A stretch of 64,000 bases of DNA from Haliotis rubra (Eukaryota). The notes under the pieces are model-generated. The model ran no database searches. It was not told the DNA's origin and saw nothing but the letters and a program-made list of their open reading frames with translations. The stretch is from NCBI RefSeq assembly GCF_003918875.1, contig NW_025765869.1:868001-932000 (forward strand), read 5' to 3'. The first letter of the stretch is position 1; every line of letters begins with the position of its first letter. The translations under genes were made by a program, and so were the position numbers. Of this stretch, positions 25,100 to 37,000 are shown piece after piece.

Positions 25100-25904
25100 A
25101 CATTGCTTGCTGGAGAAAAACGGTCCTATTCAACCGTGATACAGGGGGCAACGCAACAAAACGTGACAGCACGTAATAGGCCGTAAGAACACTTGTAGAC
25201 GGTCGGTACCAGCATCTCACGGTAATTTCAAGTTTTATCACGTTCGGCCACGTTTAGCCTTGCTGCCCGTTTTGTCCTGGTTCTCACGGAAAGCTATAGG
25301 TTGTATGGTAGCCGATTCGTCCCGTTCTATCACGACACATCCAAGCGTGTGACGGTTTACAGGGCCGGTGCTCTCTGGCATTCCCTATCTGCAGCTGAGG
25401 CTGGCCTTCGTGCTGAAGCAAGGACTCGATGTATCCCCAAGCAAACGTACAAACACAAAATCTTCTTATCTTGGGGGTTCTTGCTGCTCTTGTCTCGCGG
25501 ATACAATGGCTGCTATTGCTTGGGAGGACTTATTTGTGGGCACAGACAAAGCTGACCGGCATCCACGTTTCATCCGTAGAAAGTCCTGACAGAACGCGCA
25601 AAACGTGTCAAAACCTTGATCAAAACGTGAGGGAACCCACCAGAACGCGACATGCCCGGAGGAAACGTAATGGCATTCGTAATGGACTGCGGGCCGAGCC
25701 GTAGTGCGCCTTTGAGCTTCCGGGACTCAGCTGCCCGTTTATCTCAACGGACCGTCACGGATGCCGTGATAGACCGTCAGAAAACCTAGCAGGACCGAAG
25801 AAAACTTGACTTTGGAGGAACAAAATCGTCAAAATCCCACCTCGCACTACGTTTCGGGCAAACGGGTTTGTCGTGGCCGCCGGGAACACAGTGTAACCGT
25901 AGCA
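25100..25904. mobile_element. GC-rich Harbinger-like element remnant (only the right end is recognisable)
   Basis: Ends gtgtaaccgtagca followed by TAA; CpG-rich body; left boundary approximate. Confidence 0.4.
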
Positions 25905-26709
25905 TAAAGGAATACTGACCAAAGGGACGTTAGACGTTAGACACTCGCATGGAATGAGTTATAGCAAAGGTCTGTTATTAACACATTTAGAACACCTTGG
26001 TGGCCTGATAATAAATATCATACTACTCACACTTTGCTAAGGATCACAAACATTCATTCACAACTTAAGATAAACGGAGATTCATAATTTGAAATTGTAT
26101 CCATTTAGAACTGGATAAATAATAATATGGCAACTCCTCTCTAGGCAAACACTCACTTTAATGTAACCTTATGCACTTGATACATGAGTAACCACAAAAA
26201 TGGTTTTCATTGCACCAATCAACCATTTTGCAAATCATGGTACGAGTCACTGACAAGTACACAACACCTGTCAATAGCAGGTGTAGGCTCCACAAGATGA
26301 AATGACAATGAAACCTAGGATCCATGCTTTCAATGAGCTTAGATAACTATTTAAGTCCAATTTGACCCCACATCATAGTTTTCTGTTGAATGCATGATTT
26401 GATCCTTAGCAAAGTGTGAATAGTATACAACTTTATCGTCTGCGTTGCAATGGTCTCAATCCAAATTATCACCTCGAGCCCGACACGAAAAACTGCAAAT
26501 GTCATGCAGCAAAAAGTGTACAAGGCCGCAAGTGCGTAAACAAAGCCTGGTTTCAGACCCACTCGAGGAGTGACTGAGCAGTTTTCCAGTTACATTTAAC
26601 TGCTCTGTTTGTATTGAACACTGGCCTGGTTTATGTTGCACAGCTGAATGGCTGTGTTTTTTGTGTTTGACGAATTAAGAAAATATGTGCATGTCTGCAT
26701 GATTAAAAT

Positions 26710-26938
26710 CAGTGTATGAAATAAGCCTAAAACTCTAGCCAAACACCAGGGCTTGTAAGTTTAAAATGTTACCAGCCCAAAATGGATTTAAACAGTGCAA
26801 AATATGGTGAATTTACTCAGGTGTATTGAACATCTAAAATTTGTACCAGACCATCGGGCTGGCTAGCTGTAAATTTAGACCGTCCGTCAGAAATCTAGCC
26901 CGTCTCGGGCAGTCGGACAGGCCTTATTTCATACACTG
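26710..26938. mobile_element. hAT-like MITE
   Basis: TIR cagtgtatgaaataag; flanking direct repeat ttaaaat. Confidence 0.75.
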
Positions 26939-27469
26939 TTAAAATATAACATTAATTGAGAGGTCTTTGGTGTAATTATTATTCGTAAGTGTCTGATGGT
27001 TCACTGGGTTCACAAAAGCTGTTATGTTCTCACAATCCTGAAATTACCGCTACTGTGTACACCTTTACCGCAAATGGCGGGCGGTATTAAGTGTTCCTCT
27101 GCACAAGATTGCTCTTTTTACCTATCATTATGTTGATACCGGTACCCAAGTCTGGAGTTTGTGCTTTGGGACACGTGGAATAATGGCATTCTTTCGCAGC
27201 TGAAGGGTTGCAAACAAGCGTTTGTTGACCGTGGTTCTAACATTGTGTCACTGTCCAGTATTGGTATCCCCCCTATGGATACAATATGTGAAGGCCATAT
27301 CATGTATTCCCCGTTGTGGTAATCGTGTACTAATAGTGCAAAACGCAGCGTGCGAACCATATTCGAACTCACAGTGCCACTTAAAAGTATTGCTGCTACC
27401 ATATGACATCAAATGTATTTAGGGTCAGACTACAGGTCCATGAAGAAATAAATGTATATCTTTCCCAGT

Positions 27470-28432
27470 TGTTTCTTAAAAAATTGACAGAAAAATAGCA
27501 CCAATTCTTCTCTAAGGTTCCGAAATATGGGGAGTTAAGTATAATGATTCCATAAAACAAATTCACGCTTTGTCGCTTTTTTCAACATTTCTCAGGTGTT
27601 GGTAAATATGCCTCTAACAATTAGGAGAAACTGGTCGCACCAGTCTCTTTGTTTCATCACAGTTAAGGGCTGTCAAATATTGCATAAAGCTACTTCGTGT
27701 GAATTAAAATAGATTTACCGTTCAATGTTAGACGATGTCAAAAAGATTGGATGATAATGGGAAAGTTTCTTGTCTGATCTAAGAAATATACTTTTTATGT
27801 CTCTCTTTTTCCCATGCATGCATATCTCAAGATGCTGGAAATGAGGAGTTATTAACCTTTATCCTTAAGCAAAGATTAAATGACATATTTTCTCAAAACT
27901 GGCACTGTCAAATATCATCCTGTGTCATTATACAAATATAAAATCATTACTTGTTCCTGAAAAATATTTATCTGAACTATAGGATAGAACTTTAAGGAAA
28001 GCATTCTGTAAATAACGAATATCACTACACAATTTTAATGTTAAAAATCTTAGAAATACGTACGTGATAAAAATAATAGTTTATGTCACTTTTTGTAATG
28101 AAGGCTTTGTCGAGGATGAGTTTCATGTACTTTTCCTTTGTTGACATTATCAGTTTCTCAGAAACAGATACCTCGCCCTATGATCTCAAATGTGTACAAA
28201 GATGAACAACACATGAAAAACAGACTAAACTCAAGAAATATTAATATAATATTATTTGTTGAAATATTCCTAAAAAAAAAGATTTTGAAATTAGACGTTA
28301 ATATACGTTAATATATGTATGTATACTTATATTTCCACGTGACTGTGCAATGTAACTATATAACACCACCACAACTGTACTGTAGGTCATATGGCCTGAA
28401 ATATCAAACTTCTGTCTGTCTGTCTGTCTGTC
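27470..28432 (+). mobile_element. Degraded 3' end of a non-LTR retrotransposon (RTEX/CR1-group-like)
   Basis: Remnant peptides PILL*GSEIWG, LGETGR, CNEGFVEDEFHVLFLC; (TCTG)n tail. Confidence 0.7.
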
Positions 28433-28704
28433 AAATGCAAGCTTCGCGTATCGTGTATGTGATAATGTCTTTCCCGCATATACATCTGTATGTCAATACT
28501 GTCTATGTATGCCTTTCTCGTGTTTGGTGGAGGATCGTCTAATAGCTGGAATATAAAGGACCATTGAATTCGTGACTTGAGGTATTTCTTGCTCCACACA
28601 TATCACCTCAACACGGGCTAACAGTAGCTTAATCCTGCCTAACTGCAAATACATTGTACGATATGAACTTCTTCAGATGAACAGTTCAAAAGGCAATGTT
28701 TCAA

Positions 28705-28849
28705 CTGACTGACTGAGTATGGTTTTACGCTGTTTTTAGCAATATTCCAGCAATATCACGGCGGGGGACACCAGAAATGGGGTTCACAAATTGTACTCAT
28801 GTCGGCGTGACGAGTGAACGCTTTAACCACTAGGCTACCCCACCGCCCC
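28705..28849 (-). mobile_element. SINE family A
   Basis: TSD gcaatgtttcaa. Confidence 0.85.
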
Positions 28850-30292
28850 GCAATGTTTCAATTTCAGCAACATGTAATATACACACTGCATGGGAAATAT
28901 GAACGGAACTAATTCTTGAAAATATCCTAAGATTATTGTGATATACATGATTGTTCTGAACTTTCACTTTTATGTAGTGTTTTGTTTTAAACATATTAAT
29001 TGAATGTGAAATGACACCCCATTTGTAATTTGACAACATTCACTTTCAAAGACAAAGCTGCGATATATAATCACTGCTAACCCATCTTCCGAAGGCAACA
29101 GTGTTTTACTAATATATACCAAAGGCGTTTTTGGGTAAACGGTTGCTTCGAAAGATGTCATCTAAGACCTCTTTCTTTACATCGAATAAACTATTTCGTA
29201 AAAATCTATCTTCCACCGAAGTCCTTAGAACGTTCGTAATATTCAAAATCGACTTTCGGCTGAACAAAACTGTTCATGAATGTATTATGAAGGAGGAATT
29301 CATAGAAAGGTGATGGGCTCACGGGTTCAAACCAATGCACTATTTAAGCCTCCAAACGTTATCTCCCTTTACCTTCGAAAAACGTCGAGAGGACACGCAC
29401 GCATCCTTCTTTGTTGAAGCCATCTGATAAATATATTTGATCACTTCTAGTTTCTTCTACGCCTGTGGTCCGGTTCATGTAAGAGTGACGCTGATCTTTT
29501 GCGTTCACCACTTTTCTTAAAAACCCAAACGTGGGCACAGTGCCTGGAGACCAAGGCTCAGCCATCCAGTTGTTCGTGCTTTGTAAGGGATATCAGCGGG
29601 CGGACTGGTTGTTGCCTTTGTTATTGCTTTTTTTTTTAATCGTGTGAACCAGGATGATGACCCAGAATATTTGATTGGTTCGTGACCTCTGCTGCACCAC
29701 GCATAAGGGCAATCGATATTATTAGGGCGTATCCTCATATTGATCAACAAAGATTAAATAAAGTTTCGTCTTGGAATTAATTGGGAAATAGCCATCTTTG
29801 TATTCCCTTAATATTTCAGATATTTTACAAACCGGCTTCAAACTTTGCCCATCTAGCTTATAATGATAGCCCGATGTACAGAGACCCGCCAGACCCAGAA
29901 CGACATTGAAACGGACAAACCCGAAGTTCTTTCGAATTTCGATGCTTCTATAGTCTCCTAAATGAATATATTTTAGAGACAGCAGCACATTATAAAATTA
30001 AATCAATAAAATATGATGAAATGGAGACTATTCGCTATAAAAAAAATGCAGTAATCTAGGCTTGAAAATACCCTTGGCTTTATTGGATGCGTTTGTTTCA
30101 AGGTCAATATGACAGACTAAATCCCATCGTTCGAACCTCATCGAACCTTGAGTCTTGAAAGTTACATAAAATCGGTCTGTGGCCAGGATGAGTTGGGAAA
30201 ACGAGCCTTGGAATATACATCTGATAACCTAATGATACAAAATCGCATTAACTGTAACATAAATTGTGGTCACTTTAGGCTGTCGAAACCAC

Positions 30293-30514
30293 AGGCCCCC
30301 ACTGCGGGTCAGAAAATCGCATGTTATATAGTAGGGGTGTGGATACTAAACCGGGGCCTAGTTTATCGATTTTCTGACCGGCAGTGGGGGCCTATGCCCA
30401 CTGCATGTCAGAAAATTGACAGTAAACCGGGGCTTATACTATATAATAGTAAGGGGGCTGGATAGTAAACCGGGGCTTATAGTTGATCGATTTTCTGATC
30501 CGCAGTGGAGGCCT
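30293..30514. mobile_element. Tandem dimer of a small MITE
   Basis: Two consecutive inverted-repeat pairs (30293-30319 with 30367-30393; 30396-30419 with 30487-30514) sharing taaaccgggg. Confidence 0.65.
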
Positions 30515-31260
30515 AGGGTGGAAACTTTAAAAAAAATATGGAATTTGGGTTTTTGTTTTGTTTTTGTTTATTTATTTATTTATTTTTGTTGTTGAACATC
30601 GATCTGAGCAATATGAGAACCATATGACAATAGTCTGTAAAAGAAGTCAGGAACATAATCCAATGACAAACATCATGATGTCTTCATATTGGAGTGGAGA
30701 TGATGCAGGCCTTGATGTCACATAGTAACACGCAGTGGAACATGGTAGTGTTTCTTGTTTATGGCTTACACTGTCATATTCTATCGATACAATCGCAACC
30801 ATTAATTTACAGTTCAAGAATCTCAAGCATGGCAAATCGGGACTCGAACCCACAATGCTGAATTCTGGATTGCAGTGACAAAGACGACTTGGTCATCGGT
30901 ATCTTCAAATGATTATTACTTGACTCTGCACTAACAAATAGACACTGAAATGAAATACAAAGAACAAAAGAGATGAAGAAAAACAACAACTTGGCCATGT
31001 GTTTGAACAGGTTTACTGAATGTCCAAATATACATCGTTCACACATGTGCGGTGTCACGTGAAGTACACAAAGCAGCTGACGAGGGTGGAGTGAAAATTC
31101 TATATACAGTGCTTCTAATGACAACTTATTATACAGTGAGTAAGGCCACACGTGTGAAATAACTGCCATGTAAGGAATCAACACAGGAATGTTGCAAGGA
31201 ATTTGCATAACAACACTTATCACAACAACGCCACTGACACTTGCGAGAATAGGCCTTCAG

Positions 31261-31351
31261 TGGCCATCTTTATACAGGACGGAAATGAAGGGCCAATCAA
31301 CTGACGTCATTTTTCACTGAACGTCCAATCATTGGATTTGGGACGGATTGG
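31261..31351 (-). promoter_or_regulatory. Promoter-like motif cluster
   Basis: YY1-like GCCATCTT 31263, ETS-like CGGAAAT 31280, CCAAT/ATTGG x4, perfect CRE TGACGTCA 31302. Confidence 0.5.
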
Positions 31352-33832
31352 TTTGATACAGTTCATCTGGGACGGATAGACATAGGCTAAGGGCGTTCGC
31401 CTTGCTGTTACAAGGGAAATTGGATCGGTTTCGATAAGGTCACAAAATGTTGAAAAGAATTAAAAAGGCACTACATCACTGTCCCTAAATCTACAACAGT
31501 ATTTTGACACCAACACAAACTGACAACACTGTTATCTGTCCACTCCATTTCCATACATTCTGGAACATATTTCCATATTTAGGAATTCAGTACTTAGCAT
31601 TGTGTAATGTATTATTGCTCTTGGAGTGAGGTTTTTCAAGAAAATAATGAATGGTTTTGCTTAACTGAAACTGTGATCATACCATAAGCTTCCTGAAGAA
31701 ATGTCAACTCACACCACTCATGGTACATTAGCCCTGTGTGCCGTTGTACAGAGCGATCTTAGTGCTAAACTCCCATACCTTAACATAGACTTAAGGTAAT
31801 CTTAGCACTAAGGTTGTTTTGGCGGTATCCAGGTCACATGGCAAGCTTTCATCTACTCCCTGTGTTGATGGCATAAATAATACAAACTGACCGTGAAAAG
31901 AGCCTAAGTGACCCAAGTAATATTTAATTATTACCGAAAGAAATATGTTTTCCTTTGATGTTGTGATTATATATATGTCGAAAAGGGACAAAATTCCTTA
32001 GACATTCTAAATTTGTTTTATTACGAACATTTTACTTCAAAAACGGGTTACATAACACATCATGATGCGTGTTTCATAACGCCTTTCTGTAATTTGATTG
32101 GCTGAGGCTGAAATCATAAAGCTTGACCTTGAGAGGACTAGTTTCATTCACACAAGTTTTTCTTTAAAATTACCTTCATTTATTGCTTCCCAATACAAGA
32201 TTACTTTACTTGAGAATTATTTGCCGTTCTGTTATTGCTGAAATATATACTTGTTAATTAATAAAAGTGCAAAACGGACCGATATATCCCAAACTCTTTA
32301 CATACAGTACGGGAAACAAACTTAATCAATGCGGACATATTCCTTCTGATTTCAAAAACTATATTCAACATAAGACTGAGGTGTTGATTTCCAAAGCTTG
32401 AGTGATATGTGATGAAATGCATGTGGACCAATAACACAGGATAAATGTGTAAGCTTTGTATATGCAATATAACACACACACACGTTCATTTCATATGTAC
32501 ATATATATATTTACAATTGTAAGTAATATTGGGCCAACAGGTCTTATATCTGACAAGGCAGATAAAAATATAATTTGCAAAATAACATCTTTTATACATT
32601 TGCTTTTCTCTGACAATATAATTGAAATTGAAATATTAGATAATTAGGAATCAATTTTCATGCCAGTGTAAAGTAAGTCACCTTGATTGATAATTTTATT
32701 AGTTTAATTTTTGAAAAAATTGAGACAAAATTATTGAAAGATTTGTTTTCAATTATTTGTAAAACGGTATCTGATAAACATGAGATAACGAAACGGTTAA
32801 TGTGAGAGTAGAAACTGCATGAAAGATCTTAAAGTGCACATAACAGGTTGAAATTCATAAAAAAGTGTTCTTGATTCATTTTGCAAAATGGTATAAATAT
32901 AGATTACTAATGCACAACACAAGTACAACAGCTTGATTGTATGATACAAGGTGGAATGTATGCGAGGCATGTACTGAAGTAAATATATATTGATATATAG
33001 GTATGTACACATCAATCACATTCACATCGATATCACAGATAATACAAGAGATACGTCTCTCTTCATTCAATCAAAGGTAGCATCAGTAACAGCACTTAGG
33101 CAATATTGAATTTTAGATTAAAAAATATTACAGTCAAGTATATTTTTGCATATACAATAAATTTATTGTGATTTGAAACTAATAAAAGAATATCAATATT
33201 CATTCCAGAAATATAAAAAGTAATTATTCCAAATATACTTTAGTATAAAATAGAAGTTTTTGGAGGGAAAACATTAAAAAGAAGAATGATATTGATTATC
33301 GTATACCCTTTCATAATAGTTATGATTATGCATGATGGCAGGCAATAAAATATTTCTGTCTTGAAGAAACACAATTCATAACATAGGGAGGTACCATAGT
33401 AACTCTCGTGCAGAAATTCAGAAACAGCTAAGACTGAGTGTTTATTTAACAATGTCAAGCACAAATTTAAAAATCAGTTTTCAGATAAACAAGGCAAATC
33501 ATTTAGCTCTGAGGATCGGATGATATTTCTCATTTCAGGCCATATTCTCAATACCTCCCCTAAAATAAGATTATTGTCATCATGTACAGATGAAAAATAT
33601 TAACACTACTATTGCAGGTGCTCTGTCTGTGCTTATTGTAAAACATCTGTAAGCAATAAAGTTATCTTTTGTAAGTGTTTCACTAATAATGAAGGACCTA
33701 TAAACAAAGATGTTCAGCCTAGACATGGATCTGTAAAAAAACACTGAAAAATATATTTCCAAATGAAACAATGATTTCCAAATAAATTATGAGTTTGAAT
33801 TACAAAAGAGATTTTGAACATCACTTTATCAT

Positions 33833-34033
33833 TTATTTCTTCTTTTTCCCTGCAGGACTTTTCTTTCCTTTAGCACTCTTCCTTCCTTTTGGAGATTTGG
33901 CTTCTTGCTCTGCCCTGGAGGCTGCTTCTTGAGCTGCCAACTCCTCAAGGCGCTTGCGTTCTGCTTCCAAGTACTTCTGTCGGAACACTTCCCGTGGAGC
34001 GTTCACTGCATCTCTTGCTGCATCAAGTGCCGC
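33833..34033 (-). CDS. ADGB: ADGB last exon (AALDAARDAVNAPREVFRQKYLEAERK...KSPAGKKKK*)
   Basis: cccaaag acceptor, TAA stop. Confidence 0.92.
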   Translation of the reverse strand, partial: AALDAARDAVNAPREVFRQKYLEAERKRLEELAAQEAASRAEQEAKSPKGRKSAKGKKSPAGKKKK

Positions 34034-37000
34034 CTTTGGGAGGAAATAAAGAGGAGGGGAAGGGTGAGAGAAGAGGCAGATTGGGGTCGGGAGAGCTGGG
34101 AGGGGTACAGTCATGCAATATGGAGGAAAGGGGGAAGGGGCACAGTAATGAATGTTAGTCTCTATGGAATGTAATATTACAACTTAGTGACACCTTGGGA
34201 GAGGGTATTTGGAAAAGTAGTCCCATAAAACCAGTTGTAGAGTCTTCATGTATGTTTGTATTCAACTTCCACAAGGAACACATGTAAATTGATCATTTTG
34301 TTGATTTAATGACCCAGAAATACAAATCGTAATACAATGAATGAACTTAGCATAAATATTCACGGTAGTTGACATTCATATGCTGGGAATTAGACCCAGT
34401 ATAAGTCGCACATGTGGTCTATGGATATTTTGGTAAAGGAAACATTATTTTAATGATATTTTATATTTTTAACACACACTGTTCAAACCACACAAGGTGA
34501 AGAAAAATCACAACAACTTTCCATGCACAGGTTCACTTTTGCATCCAACAGCCAAGTGGGGTGACACAAAACTAGGAATGACTAATGTGGACATGGATCA
34601 AATGTTCAGGTGGAACTAGTCTATGAACTCGAGCTCAGAATCATGAATCGACTGAACTGAACCACTGCCGAAATCACTAAGCAAGGCCTGCATGGCCAGA
34701 CACTTTCTACGGTGGTTTTCTATAGCAATACGATACGCTTCCCTCGCACTATCCAAGGCAGCCTTTATAAAAACAATTCATCCACATCATTAAGAAGCCA
34801 GTACCTTTCTCCTGATAAGCAACATGTTATGGGGGCAAATGGTCAAACACAACAAAGTACAGATAGCCTTTAACTGACAAAAGACTTGCATTCTAATACA
34901 AGGGTAACAATACTTAATTCAAAGTTCACAATATACTACTCAGAATTTGGTGAGGCCCAAAGTAGTCATCTTTGATCAAATATTAAGTAGTACATAATCT
35001 AATGATTTATAAATAAATACGTGTCATGTATTCTGCAAGGAGACGGTAATTAAACATCCTCTTGACCATAAAACACAAAGATACCAATACATGAGACATG
35101 TGGTGCAGGTGTTATATCGTGCTGGTGATGATTTTCCTCAGTCCATACATTGTTTTATGCCATGAATGTTTACAAGTTTTCAGTTTACTTTACTTTTTAA
35201 CATTTGAAATATTATTCCATTGTCCATCTCACCTGTAGCTCCTCGGCCTGATCAAGCTGCCGGATTTTTGTCAAGTTGCGACTTTGGCGATCTTCCTCTC
35301 TCCATTTCTCGACACATTCACGGAACTGCTTGTATTCCAAGATCTCCTTCTGTCTCTCTTCCAGACGTCGCTGCATCTCATTCTCATCCAAATACTGAGG
35401 ACTGTCCGTCGTTTTCCTGGTAAAAAATAACTCTTGAATGACATTGTGTATTCATATCAAATAAAAAAAATGCCTGTAGTAATTCGATTAAAAAATTACA
35501 ATTTCTGTTGGATTCTTTGCATCTTTGGTGTGTGGCAAGAGATGTGCTATAAAATGGAAGGTGTGTCATCAAGAAATACATCAACAAAAGACGATAATGC
35601 ATTGGAATATGAATTGAAATCAGATTTATAAGGTTTAAAGTACTGCATCATCAAATGCTTACTTTATGAATGGGGTTAGATCTAGCGGCTGCAGGATTTC
35701 TTTCGGTGTGGGTGGGGGTGGTGGCTCCAGAGACAACTCCCCCTCCGGCTGGTCCAGGAAGGAGATGGGGGTTTCACGGGATGTGAGTGGGGCCTCCTCC
35801 CCTGGCTGACCCTCCTCTGTGGATGGGCTCTCCTCCTTGGCTTCATCCCCACCCTCTGGCTGTACTCGGATCATGTGGGTGCTGAGATACTTCAGGCGGG
35901 ACTGCATGGCCTGGTAGTGGACAGGAACATGAGTGAGTGAGTGAGTTTTGTTTTAAGCCGCTTTTAGCAATATTCTAGCAATATCACAGCGGGAGACACC
36001 AGAAATGGGCTTCACACATTATACCCATGTAGGGAATCGAACCGGGTCTCTGGCGTGACGAGCGAACGCTTAAACCACTAGGCTACCCCACCGCTCCACA
36101 GCAACATGAGGTCAGCAATGGAAAGAGTGTGTGAGCGAGTTCAGCCCCATGCCGCTTTTAGCAATAGTCCAGCAATATCACGGCGGGGGACATCAGAAAT
36201 GGGCTTCACACATTGTACCCATGTGGGTAATCAAACCCAGGTCTTTGGTGTGCGAGCGAATGCTTTAACCACTACCCCACCGACCTTTACAATGGAAATA
36301 ATGATGTAATAAAGTCTTGTCATTTTTAAAGTGAATAAATGTTTCCTTACAGCCACAAATAAAATGATAACCCCCCAGCTTACAGGGAATGTCATCGTTT
36401 ATTGTGATATCACAGCATCAGTTATGAAATATCGAGTTTAACCACTAGGCTACCCCACCGCTCCACAGAAAATCAGCAATGGAAAGAGTGTGTTGGGTTC
36501 AGCCCCATGCTTTTTAGCAATAGTCCAACAATAAAACCAGAAATGGGCTTCACACATTGTACCCATCTGGGGAATGGAACCCGGGCCTTCGGCGTGACGA
36601 GCAAATGCTTTAACCACCAGGCTACCCAACAGCCCCTCTTTTCATTTGAAGGCATGGGTTGCTGCAGACCAGTTGAGGCATAGCTTACAATGCAGAATGT
36701 TATTGAATTCTTGATACTGTGGGCTTATCTGACACAAGTATCTTGCAATATTACTTCAATATTGACACAAGGAATCATCATGGCAGTCAAAATAGCGGCA
36801 GCAGCGGCAGATGAAGACAGGCTCTTACCTTGACAGCTCTACCGGGCTCTGCATCTTCCCATGCCTTCTTCAACGCTCGGATCTCATCCGCCCTCTCTGT
36901 GTCCTTTCTTGTCTCTATGTCCTCCTGGAAATAAAGTCACACTATGAAACAGTCATCAGGTATGGATGAGGTAAAGTGGCTTTTAACATTGTGTTCTGGA

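Noticed and set aside
23965-33833. Functional link between the two neighbouring heme-protein genes
   Set aside because: Convergent adjacency alone gives no evidence of co-regulation
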